Assembly (NCBI GenBank): GCA_977020255.1
Contig: CDROCS010002559.1
Location: 248,001-312,000 of the forward strand
Direction of reading: 5' to 3'
DNA length: 64,000 bases
DNA from: Obrimoposthia wandeli
Lineage: Eukaryota
In this document: in pieces, positions 36,731-48,800 of the stretch
Layout: each line of letters begins with the position of its first letter
How positions within the stretch are numbered: the stretch's first letter is position 1
Made by a program: the position numbers and the translations under genes
The notes under the pieces: model-generated
What the model saw: only the letters and a program-made list of their open reading frames with translations
The model's database searches: none
What the model was told of the DNA's origin: nothing

Positions 36731-39116
36731 TGTTGAGAATGAGAAATTTTGGGTTAATTGTGATTGTTTTGTGGGGGAATTAATTGATTGTTTCCCTTAA
36801 TTAGAGGGCGATTAAAGTAATTAGGGGAATGCACTTTGGCATTTGGTGGTTGGTTTGGCTGATTCAGTCCCCGACCGGCTTAACCGGTTTCGCCCTGCCG
36901 GGCTCGTCAGGGAGACGGCAGATTTATCTCTGGCTTCGCGGTGGGCAAAATGCCCGCGAAGTCAGAGATAAAAGAGATAAAGGACATGAAGTAAAAAGAG
37001 CGAATAAAACACAGGACACGTACCTGTTAAAGTCACCCAAATTCCTCGCTCAGCAACAACATATGCCAGCAGATCCGACTGATGTCGAATTCAACTGGCA
37101 ATATATCTCTCTCCCTCTGTGTTCAGACCGCTACTGGGTCTTTTTCAATCAGCCCAATCTCTCTGTGGTAACGGTGGGTGATTCTGGAGGGCCACTTGTC
37201 TCCCTGGCCTTATCTGATACTGTCACTTGTCAAGGCGCCGGTGGTCTTCTACGTTTTTGTGAGCGCAGTCTGTGGCGCTGTTTGGGCGGAGGGATGGATC
37301 CAGTTGTCGACGGCCGCTGCCATTGGTCTTTGGCCAGTGACAATCTCTCTCCCTCTGTGTCCAATCCGCTACTGGCAACGTCTCTCGTTTTTCTCTGTCT
37401 CGAGACTACCAGCGTGAATTGGTTGCCTGATCCTGATTGATTTTTGTATTTCTGCTGCACATATAACCCCAGTGCAAAATGAACTACATTTAATTTATTT
37501 TTCATTGACACAATTTCCTGTATAAAAATTCTCTCAAAGGACAAATATAACAATATTTTATTGTAACAAATACTTGATTCAGAAAAAGAGTTCGATTAAA
37601 AGTATTTATTTTTTCATTTATTTAATTTGATTATTAAAAATATTTTATTGAATCAGAAAATATTTGATAAGTATTCAATTACCTTTTACAAATAATTATT
37701 CACATTTTCAACTGATTATTGATTAGTAAAGTGACTTTTGTCATTCGGTAAATTAAATTTATTTTGATATTGAATATCATCGCTATCTTTAATTTTGAAG
37801 TAAAATTTTATTTATCAAAATTTATTTATAACAATTGTATTTTAATTATTTGATATTTTGAATATTAGCATTTTTATTGTATTTTCTAGTCAAAGAACAA
37901 ATATAACAATATTTTATTGTAACAAATACTTGATTCAAAAAAAGAGTTCGATTAAAAGTATTTATTTTTCATTTGTTTGATTTGATTATTAAAAATATTT
38001 TATTGAATCAGAAAATATTTGATAAGTATTCAATTACCTTTTACAAATAATTATTCACATTTTCAACTGATTATTGATTAGTAAAGTGACTTTTGTCATT
38101 CGGTAAATTAAATTTATTTTGATATTGAATATCATCGCTATCTTTAATTTTGAAGTAAAATTTTATTTATCAAAATTTATTTATAACAATTGTATTTTAA
38201 TTATTTGATATTTTGAATATTAGCATTTTTATTGTATTTTCTAGTCAAAGAACAAATATAACAATATTTTATTGTAACAAATACTTGATTCAAAAAAAGA
38301 GTTCGATTAAAAGTATTTATTTTTCATTTGTTTGATTTGATTATTAAAAATATTTTATTGAATCAGAAAATATTTGATAAGTATTCAATTACCTTTTACA
38401 AATAATTATTCACATTTTCAACTGATTATTGATTAGTAAAGTGACTTTTGTCATTCGGTAAATTAAATTTATTTTGATATTGAATATCATCGCTATCTTT
38501 AATTTTGAAGTAAAATTTTATTTATCAAAATTTATTTATAACAATTGTATTTTAATTATTTGATATTTTGAATATTAGCATTTTTATTGTATTTTCTAGT
38601 CAAAGAACAAATATAACAATATTTTATTGTAACAAATACTTGATTCAAAAAAAGAGTTCGATTAAAAGTATTTATTTTTCATTTGTTTGATTTGATTATT
38701 AAAAATATTTTATTGAATCAGAAAATATTTGATAAGTATTCAATTACCTTTTACAAATAATTATTCACATTTACAACTGATTATTGATTAGTAAAGTGAC
38801 TTTTGTCATTCGGTAAATTAATTTTATTTTGATATTGAATATCATCGCTATCTTTAATTTTGGAGTAAAATTTTATTTATCAAAATTTATTTATAACAAT
38901 TGTATTTTAATTATTTGATATTTTGAATATTAGCATTTTTGTTGTATTTTCTAGTAAAACATTGTTGATTAATTTTGATTTGAAAAATTATTCACATTGT
39001 GCTCGTGCTACTTTATTTTAATTAAATTTTTTAATGACCAAATTTCAATTATTAAAATTGAATTAAAATTTACCTGAAAATACTATTGCATAAATAATAT
39101 ATTATCTAATATAACA
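36731..39116 (+). mobile_element. Solo LTR, 2386 bp
   Basis: TGTT...AACA termini, 4-bp TSD TAAG (36727-36730, 39117-39120). Confidence 0.9.
37535..38955. repeat. ~355-bp tandem repeat, 4 copies, inside the solo LTR
   Basis: CAAATATAACAATATTTTATTG recurs at 37542, 37898, 38253 and 38608. Confidence 0.95.
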
Positions 39117-39335
39117 TAAGTATACACTGTTCACATTTGTTCTCTCTCCTGATTTCGATATTAGTCAAGCTCAAATCCCTAAACAGGGAAATTTGAAAGT
39201 AGAAATCAAGTTTTCAAAAGCACTTGAACATCCTACTAATATTATAATCTATGGAGTACTCGATTCTGAGGTTCAAATTACCAAGGGAGGAACAGTACTA
39301 GTATAAACAGAATGAAAACAATAAAGAAGATATAA

Positions 39336-39686
39336 ATGAAGTAAGTCAGTTTGAATTTATTAATTAATATATATTCTAGTTCGGACGAGATAACAAAAAG
39401 CGGAAGAAAACTACTCGGTTCGCGTTTCAATGGAGTCTACAGTCTTGATCACATGCCCTCTTTGACTCGTTTAGATGGATATGTAATCAATACATATTCA
39501 TCTAATTTGCGTGGTAAACATTGGATTGCAATACATGTTAAAGAAAATGAAATCTTTGTTTTTGACCCCTTTGGGATATATTACCCTTCTAAATTAGTAT
39601 CTACAGTACTTGATTCTGGAAAGAAAGTACATTTTAGTAAGAAACATTATCAAAATGTTTTAACACAGTCATGTGGACAGTACTAG
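39336..39686 (+). pseudogene. Adenain-like cysteine protease, copy 1 (3'-truncated; intron 39341-39379)
   Basis: ATG AA|intron|T TCG gives MNSDEI; HWIAI, FDPFG, QSCGQ then stop at the duplication junction. Confidence 0.85.
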
Positions 39687-39720
39687 TATAAACAGAATGA
39701 CAACAATAAAGAAGATATAA

Positions 39721-40098
39721 ATGAAGTAAGTCAGTTTGAATTTATTAATTAATATATATTCTAGTTCGGACGAGATATCAAAAAGCGGAAGAAAACTACT
39801 CGGTTCGCGTTTCAATGGAGTCTACAGTCTTGATCACATGCCCTCTTTGACTCGTTTAGATGGATATGTAATCAATACATATTCATCTAATTTGCGTGGT
39901 GAACATTGGATTGCAATACATGTTAAAGAAAATGAAATCTTTGTTTTTGACCTCTTTGGGATATATTACCCTTCTAAATTAGTATCTACAGTACTTGATT
40001 CTGGAAAGAAAGTACATTTTAGTAAGAAACATTATCAAAATGTTTTAACACAGTCATGTGGACAACTCTATCTGCTTTGGTTAAAGCATAAACAATAG
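39721..40098 (+). CDS. Adenain-like cysteine protease, copy 2 (intron 39726-39764)
   Basis: Same structure offset by 385 bp; catalytic His, Asp and Gln/Cys present (HWIAI, FDLFG, QNVLTQSCGQ). Confidence 0.88.
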
Positions 40099-40135
40099 AT
40101 ATAAACAATATCAAATAAAATTATTGCTATAAAAA

Positions 40136-40676
40136 ATGTCTGTTTATTTTATTGATTTTGAAGCTTTTATTGATAATAATACTGAATTTGTAATAAAAGA
40201 ACTATGTATAATGGATGTGGATGTATAATAATACTGAATTTGTAATAAAAGAACTATGTATAATGGATGTGGATGCAATCTTCTATCCTAAACATTATGT
40301 TTTTAAAATGCAACCTATATGGGACATGATGAATAGAAAATCAAGAAAAATAAATAGATATCTCATTAAGCATTACTATCGACTAAAACTAGTTGATGGT
40401 AATAGTTTTTTCAAGATACAAGAAATAACTGAGGAAATAAAACGTTGTTGTGATGTATCCAAATCAATTTTCTATGTTTTGGATGAAAATAATGGAGCTA
40501 AAATAAAGACAATCAATAAATATTTTCCTGAATTTAGCTCGATAAATTACTCGAAAACATTAAAACAATTAAAACCATCAAATATCAATTGTCCATATAT
40601 TAAACATGGAGAGCATTGTGCATACAAGAAATGCTTTGCAGCTAGTTTAGATTATTTAAATATTAATGAAAAATAA
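40136..40676 (+). pseudogene. DEDD-like nuclease-family Polinton protein, frameshifted by a 52-bp duplication
   Basis: YFIDFEAF...FVIKELC...HYVFK; duplication 40173-40224/40225-40276. Removing one copy restores the frame. Confidence 0.6.
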
Positions 40677-40828
40677 ACTACTCACATCTTTCAGTAAACT
40701 ATTCTGATTAAAATGAATCTGATTAGTTTAAATAATAAATGAATCTGATTGTCTTAATACTAGCTCGAAAATAGTATATAAGCAAGCATCAATCAACAAA
40801 TAACTCTATATTATAAACGAAATTTAAA

Positions 40829-43800
40829 ATGGTAAGTTTCTTGTTATTTCTATATTTATTATATTTCTAGAATTGCAATATGAATAAACGACTATGCTTC
40901 GAGGAGAGTCACAAGGAATGTGACGGAAAAATGAAGAGCTACTTTGGACAGAAGTTCAATGGACAACAATTCTACGTATGTCCAGTATGTCTCTCCGCGG
41001 AGGAGATTGATTGGGTAGAGTTTGTGGCGCGTCATCGTGTCCATCTTCGCCATTTCCAGCAACGTGGCAAGAAGGCCATCTTTCAGAATAGATCTGCTTC
41101 TCCTGCTACTATTTCTCAAGTTCCGGTTGCTGCACCAGTTAGTGCTCCAGTATCTACTCCAATTGCTGCTGTTCAAGTTGCTGCACCAATTACTTCTCCA
41201 ATTGCTGCCCCAATTGCTTCTCCATCATCTGCTGCACCAATTACTATGGTTCAAGTTATGCCTCCTCCAGTTAGTATGATCCCCGCGCCGTTACCAGCAT
41301 ATACCCACAAGAGAAGTGTTATGCCCACTTCAGGTAGCTCTGTTGCGAAGTTTCCCAGGGTTGATGGTGTTAAGCGTAAGACTAGTCTTCGGGGCACGAT
41401 TGAGACATTGTCACTAGATGTTTCTAATGACAATGTCATCGATTTACAAGTTCCTGTATCACTTTTGACTAGCTTAAGGGACACAGTCAGCAAGTTTGCG
41501 ACTTGCAAGGTTCAATTCGGGGTGCGTGTTGAATTTTCCAATATTGGAGAAACACGCGCTTGGAATTTTTCCAATAGAGGGCTCCCCATAGATGAGGGGT
41601 TTATAGATGCGGGAGTAGATGGAATCAACAATAAGATTGAGAATTATTCTCAAAGTAGCAGTAATTGGGTAGTGAACCGCTTCCTGGAGATTTCGTTTGT
41701 TGTGACTAAAACAACAACAATGAACTATCTCCAGGGAAGTAGTTATATACCTACTCCATCTGAGTTAGCACTCTCACATTGCGTTATCAATGTGCAGAAC
41801 TCTAACACTTTTTGCTTCCTTTACAGTATCTTATCTGTACTTTTCCGCGAAGTATTTCGCTCTAATCCTCATCGGGTTAATCAATATGATGCCCTTTTGA
41901 GTCAATTAGTTTTTGATGAGAATGAGATGCCGATGCGTCTATGTAATATACCGCGATTTGGGAGAAAGAATCCATCTCTCTCAATCAACGTATTTACATT
42001 CAATAGGTTCTCTAATGTGCAAACAGATAGGGATATCTCCAAAGATCCCTATGTGGATGTCATATACAGGATCACAAACCCATACGCTAAGCCAATCAAT
42101 CTTCTCCTTTTAGAAAATAATGATAATTTTCATTATGTCGGTATTCCTAAACTCAATAGGCTGCTTAATTATAGGAACAAAGGTGTATCTAATTGCATTC
42201 AGTGTACTTGGTGCCATAAGTGTCTTCATTGGTTCCAGAAAGCAATAAGTTACGCCAAACACGTTCCGCTCTGTAGGATGAATTTAGATCATACAACACT
42301 TTATTCAATGCCTACAGAGAAGCATATTGAGTTTAAGGACTTTTCGAAAACGATTTCTCCGCCTTTTGCTGTTTACGCGGACTTTGAGGCTGTGCTACCG
42401 CCGCATGGAATCCACCATCAGATTCAGCTTCCAATCTCGGCCGGTATGCTCATGTCTCCCGTTGCAGCCACGAGAGGGTACACACATGAATACTCGGTCT
42501 TTACCGGGGAATCTTGTGTGGTATCCTTTTTGCAGAAATTAGAGGACTTGGCGAAAGAGGTTGTACTCCCATGGTACAAAAAGCATGCGATCGAGGTGAT
42601 GCGACAACTCACACAGGAACAGGTATCGAGTTTCAATGCCGCAAGAATCTGTTACCTGTGTAAGAAGAAACTCACAAACAAAGTTCGAGATCGCGATCAC
42701 ATGATTGGCGAATACCTGGGAGCTGCACATCCAAATTGCAACTTATCAAGGAGACTCAATCGATCTTTTCCCGTCATATTTCATAATCTGATGGGTTATG
42801 ACATGCACCACATATTGAAACACGCACTGTGCAAGTTTCCTGATTGGAATGTCTCTGTTATACCTCAATCAACAGAGAAATTTCAGGCTATGATGGTGTA
42901 TATTGGAGGAGTCTGTATACGTTTCATCGATTCCCTTCAAATTTTGAACAGCAGCCTAGAAAAACTTGTGGAAAACCTGGGTGTGACTCCTCTAACACAT
43001 TCGGTCTTCCCGCAACATCTGGTGAGCGCCAAGGGAATTTTCCCATACGATATGGCAGTATCAGAGACTGCTCTTCGTGTAATCACCAGCTTACCGCCAA
43101 AGTGGGATGAGAAGATCAAGCCAGCACAATATGAAATGGCGAAGATGGTCTGGACTCAGAGCGGCTGCTCATCGCTCTGGGACTATATGCTGGTCTATAT
43201 GAAGATGGACGTCTACCTTAGACGTGTTTACAGCATTCCGGACCAAGGCCATTGCCGACGATGGATTGGAGCCACTCAATTTCTTCTCCATCCCTGGTTT
43301 GTATTTTACTAATTTTTAAACTTTCACCAAGTAATTTTTATTAAGTAACTTTTCACAAAGTAATGATTTTCACAATGATTTTCACAATGATTTTAATAAA
43401 TGTTTTTATTTCCAGGACTGACTTTTGCGAGTGCTTTTAAATCCCTGCTTCGCCTGAAATCTTCTGCTCCCGTTGTACGAGTCGAGCTAATACAGGATCC
43501 AGAAATGTACCGTCTTTTCCGGTTCGGGATTCGCAGGGGTATGACCTTTGTTAATGAACACCGCGTGGACGCCATCAATGGTACAGAACTTTTGTACATT
43601 GATGTAAATAATTTGTACGGGTGGGCTATGTCCCAGTTTTTACCTTGTGTTAACCTTTCCTGGGTGACTGATCGCTTAGAGTTGGGGAATATTATTTCCA
43701 GTATAAAATAAGCAGATTTATCCTGTAGTCGCTTCGCTTATTTATTGGAAATAGATTTATCCATTCCCAATGAGCTTCATAATAAATTCGACGATCTTCT

Positions 43801-44779
43801 CCTTGCTCCAATTAAACAGCGTCCACCAGGGTGTAAGACTGAAAAATTGTTATTAACACATTACCCTAAGAAACATTATGTTGTGCATTCTAGATTGCTA
43901 CAAATGTACATTAGACTTGGTGCTAAGGTAGATTTTGTATACAGAGCAATACAGTTTGAACAAACTAATATTTTTTCAAAATATATTGAGGATAATTCTC
44001 TCAAAAGAGCTGCGGCTACAACAGATTTCGAGCGGGATTACTACAAACTGAAGGTGAATTCTTTATTTGGAAAACTCATTGAGAATCTGATGAAAAGAAT
44101 AAACCTCCGGATTTGTAATACTCCACAGAAGCTGGTTACCTATTGCAGTAAAGCCCACTTTCGTAGGACAATCGAAATCGATACGGACCTTATTGCAGTT
44201 CTACTGGATAAGGAAAATATTGTTTTGGATCGTCCTAATTATATGGGCCAGGCAGTATTAGATTTAAGCAAACTTCGTATGTATGAGCTACAATATGAGC
44301 AGTTGGAGAAATATCGAGTTCAATTTAACTGCGACATTAGAATTATAGCGGGTGACACTGATAGCTTTTTCTTGAAGTGTAATAATGTAAATGTTCAAGA
44401 ATCACTGTTACCTGCTATGATTGCTGATGGACTGTTGGATAACTCGAAATTTCCAAAAACCCATCCGCTTTATACGACGCTTAATACAGCGATAGGAAAA
44501 TTTAAAGATGAGAGCAAGGGATTATTTAGCTATAGGCAAGGGATTTTTCTACGTCCAAAATCATATAGCCTAGAGACTACAGAAGGTGAATCTCAGATGA
44601 GAGCAAAAGGTATTAGTCTCCGGCAGACAAGTATTAGGCACTCTAATTACTTAGCCGTATATGAGAGTGGCGTTAGCGAGCGTGTACAACAACAACGTAT
44701 AAGCTCACTAAATCATCAACTTTTTACTATAAGGTTAAGTAAAATTGCCTTAAGCAGTAGCGATGATAAACGCAAGTGA
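40829..44779 (+). pseudogene. Protein-primed family B DNA polymerase with two introns (40832-40870, 43297-43415)
   Basis: YADFEA, DRDHMIG, FHNLMGYD, FIDS, KGIFPYD, YIDVNNLYGWAMSQFLP, KLKVNSLFGK, GDTDS, GKFKDE, RPKSY. Frameshift ~43220 and stop at 43709-43711. Confidence 0.95.
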
Positions 44780-44964
44780 GTGGAGAAAAACCGATCAGTT
44801 GCCTACGGTCACTTTTTATACCCGGATGAAGTTGTATAAACTTTTTATATGTGTTTGTATATATTTTTACTCTCCTTTGTGATTTTAAGGAATATATGTG
44901 TTAGAAATACATGTCTTTATTTTAAAATTATTGGTATTTACATAAATTTGCAGGTTTTTTGCAA

Positions 44965-45879
44965 TATATATGCAGTACGTGACTGTCTTTGTAGGTATTG
45001 ATTACTGTCTTGGTTAGACACACACACACGTGACTGTCTTAGTAGGTATTGATTACTGTCTTTGTTAGACATACACACACGTGACTGTCTTTGTTAGACA
45101 CTCACACACATATATACATGTATAAGAATAAATGTAGTACGTGACTTGTTACTATTGATTACATAAAGATGCAAGTATTTGCAAGATAGATGCAGTACGT
45201 GACTGTCTTTGTTAGATAGATACACGAACGTTTAAACATGATTATCAATATTTATAATACTTTATTTTATAAGTAGATAATTTAATTTAAATAAATTATA
45301 TAAGCTTGGACACACACACACGAGATGTCTTTTGGTGAAGACCGCGTGTTAATACCACCTTTAGATAAAAAGATATATAGATTTAAAGTATGTTACTAAA
45401 AATAGAATCTTTTTGACCTCACCGTGACCTTAAAGTACATTGTCCTCATGACGTCATGACCTTAAGTTGACCTTAAAGTACATTGTCCTCATGACGTCAT
45501 GACCTTAACTTGACTTGACCTCATGAGGTCATGACCTACATCTTGTCCTCACCGTGATCTTAAGTTGTCCTCATGAGGTCATGTCCTCATCGTGACCTTA
45601 AACTGTGCTCAAGGGGGGGTATGCTCAAAATGTCTTTGTCCTGAAGACGCACATCCCACTACTGTATGTGTGTCTCTCAGGACAAATACATTTTTCCTGA
45701 GCATAGGGGGGTCATGACCTTATGAGGTCATGACCTAGATTTTCCCATGACCTCATGAGGTCATGACCTACATATTGTCCTCACCGTGACCTTAACTTGA
45801 CCTAGATTTTTTGTCCTCAACTTGACCTGAACTTGTCCTCAGGGGGGGCTTTGTTCCAGAAGTGCTACATCTACCTACT
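44965..45879. repeat. Polinton right TIR (complete terminus)
   Basis: Pairs with 26759-27510, carries extra internal copies of a GTGACTGTCTT...GTTAGAC unit, and ends at 45879 where BEL integrase sequence resumes. Confidence 0.9.
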
Positions 45880-48800
45880 GTATATAGACAAACAAACTTT
45901 TTTGCTCTTACTTGTCTCCGACCTTGCTTTGTCAAAAAAGGTCCTGCAAAATCAACACAGACTCTTACAAACGCCTTGAGTGGTTCTTCCAATCTGAACT
46001 TCGGTAATGGGGCCATCATATTTTGCATATTGGCTGCTTTTGCTCTTTTGAAAATCACACATTCCGTTTCAATTTTTCTAATTAATCCTCGAGCCTTTAA
46101 AATCCAAAATCTTCTCTGTATTAGACTTAATATATGCTGGATTTCGGCGTAGTAAACATTTCCATCATGTAAATCTTTCACTACTAACTTTGTTAGCCAT
46201 CTTTCACCTGACAATATCACTGAGAACTTACTATCATAATTTAAGAATTCAGCATGAATTAATCTGGAATTTGTTCTTAAAATCCATCCTTCATCTATAA
46301 ATGGTCTTAACTTTAAGATTTTGCTATTTTTTAAGACTTCTCTTGTCTTTACTAAACTTTTTATTTCTATCTGAAATATTTTCTTTGATCTTCTTTGATC
46401 AGTTTACTCATACTGAGTTTCATTTCTGCAACGGTTAATTCTCAGTTTATCCGCACTTCTTTTTTCTTTATACAATTATCTATAAATCGATCCATACAAG
46501 CTCTTATTCTTTTTATTCTTGTCAAACTAGAATACTTTTCAACTTCTAGTATTTCTTCATGTACGGATTTCACCGCGTATGTCATTAACTTGAAGTTCCA
46601 TAATCACATCTTTCCATGGAATCTTCACTTCATATCTTTCTTCTTCCATTACCATCGCCTTTACGCTATTCTCGTAACTCAGTTTATCCGCCTTGTTCAT
46701 TATTTTTGTATCATCACAAAGATTTTCAACTTCCAAAAATCGTCGTAGCTGACATTCTTAATGCAGTGTTACCCAAATAACTTCTGATTAAGTTTGTTTG
46801 GTTTTTGTATGTCCTTCGTAAATTTTCTTGACCTACACATGTCTACCCTAATGGTGTCCTTCGTGCTATTAGATCTTTAGATTTTCCCCGTCGTTCTTAA
46901 ATGCTCCTATGTATTTCAATTAAATCTGCTCCTATTAACATTTTGTCTTTCTTTCCATTATCACTTACTGGGAACTTAATATTTTGTAGGTATTTCCAGT
47001 TCTTGTTGTAGTTGTTCCAATCAACTACTTGTAAATCACCCGTGACTTCTTTTATCGACAACGCCTTTATTTTCCTTCTAAATGACTTTCTAAATTTTGA
47101 AATAGGAATGACACCCTCTTGCACTCCAAATTCTTAATTTGCCCGCCGATAACTTCTACTGGTGTGCTTACTGCTTCACCTTCTAATCCTAAGTAATCGG
47201 CAGCTGTCTTGCTAATGTAGCTTATCCTGCTCGTGTCATCCAATAGGGCGTAGATCTTTATTTCTTTTCCTCCATTCCTAATAATTTCTGGTACCGTTCT
47301 TAACATCAGAGTTGAATTGTTATCAACGTGGAAATTTGTTAGATCTTTAGATTCATTATTCTTGACATGCAATAGCCAATGATGTTTGGTTTTGCATCCG
47401 TGTATTTTACATAATGGTTCTTTTCTGCTTTATTTGACACAGTGCCCTGACTTTAGGCAGTTATTACACAGCTTCTTCTGCTTAACTGCTTTTCATCTTT
47501 CCACTGTATTCACTTCCCTAAACTTAAACCATTGATCGGTATAATGTGCTTCTCCATAATTGTGATATTTTTTCCATGTTTCAGGAACCGTTCTTGTTGA
47601 TGCTAATTCCGATTGTTCTGGAACCTTTTTCTCAGATTTGTCCCCAAAATATGTGTCTCTTCTAGGAAATGTTTGCCTTTGATTATATTAGTCCATTTTG
47701 GCAAACTTGTCATCTAGCTCAGGTTTTCTTTTAGTATCCTGTCATACTTCTTCTGCTTCCCTTAAATCTCCCCCGTCTTTTGCTGGGCCCATATCAGCAT
47801 GTCTTCTAGGGAATCTTCTCAGCCTTCTCGTTTCTTCCAACTTGTCCATTCTAACAATACTTGTCGAGGTAACTTTCCTAAGAATGTTTGATACAAGTAA
47901 CTGTTTCCTAAATCTTTAGCTTTGTTCAAACTTCTTAATTTTACTAATGTCCTTTCTAATAATTCTGACAGTTTTTCAAATTCTAAGACTTCATTGTGTG
48001 TCATTATTTTTAACTTCTCAACATCCTTCAATACGTTTCGATAATTTCTTTCGTCACCTCCATATCTTTTCTCTAATCTTTCTAATGCTTTTTCATAAGC
48101 TTCTTCTGATAATCCTAAATTTTCTACCAATCTAAATGGTTCCGATCCTAAATGCTGTCGCATATGCAATAATTTGCTCGTTTTTTCTACCATTTTTCTT
48201 CCGATTAATTCGTTAAATGTTGTTTTCCAAATTTCGTAATTTGAATTTTGACAACTAAATATAGGCAAGGTTCACCTTTTTAATTCTGTAAATTCATTCC
48301 TATTATTTGAATGTTTGCTCGTTTTGGATGCTCTTTTGCTTATCCATATCTGTTCTTAACAGTTCTGTTGACAGTATTCCTAATTCGTCGTGCAACATAT
48401 ATATCTCTTCTAATTCTTTCTCTAACTCATTTACCCCTCTTTTCTTCCCAAATCAGAAGCTAACCTTTGTTAACATGTTAGCTCTCCTGATATCATTTCG
48501 AAATTCTCTCCATAGTCTTCCTACCTTCGATCTGTTTCTTTGCCGCTTCTTATGGCCTGAATTGCTATATTCCTAGTCCTTGTCAGTATTGCCTTTTTGT
48601 ATCTTTTTACGTACAAGGCTTTTCTCAAATTTTCCTCATGATAACTTAAACTTCTCTCCTCATTTGAACCTTCTTTTAACTTAAGTATGAGGTGTAATGT
48701 GTTTCCCTTATTGATTTTATAATCTCATAAATTAAATTAATTTCATAATTGTTTTTTACCAAGGTTAAGTTTTGTATCTCTTAGGTAATCCTAATTTTTC

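Larger units (their letters stand above)
35687..39306 (+). pseudogene. Major capsid protein (PY), split by a solo LTR
   Basis: MSCAKTELCIF...LDLNDS...LCGSLHLDFFKQPKYILPGV...; reading resumes in frame at 39121 (DFKDK|YTLFTFVLSPD...GNLKVEIKF...IIIYG). Confidence 0.9.
26759..45879 (+). mobile_element. Polinton/Maverick (adintovirus-like) element, nearly complete, decayed
   Basis: Long TIRs; right end ...CTACCTACT (AG-type terminus); full core gene set: pPolB, integrase, A32-like ATPase, penton, MCP, cysteine protease. Confidence 0.95.

Noticed and set aside
36829-37553. ORFs inside the solo LTR (203 aa and others)
   Set aside because: GC-rich LTR core with no recognisable motifs; ORFs are not shared with the related LTRs.
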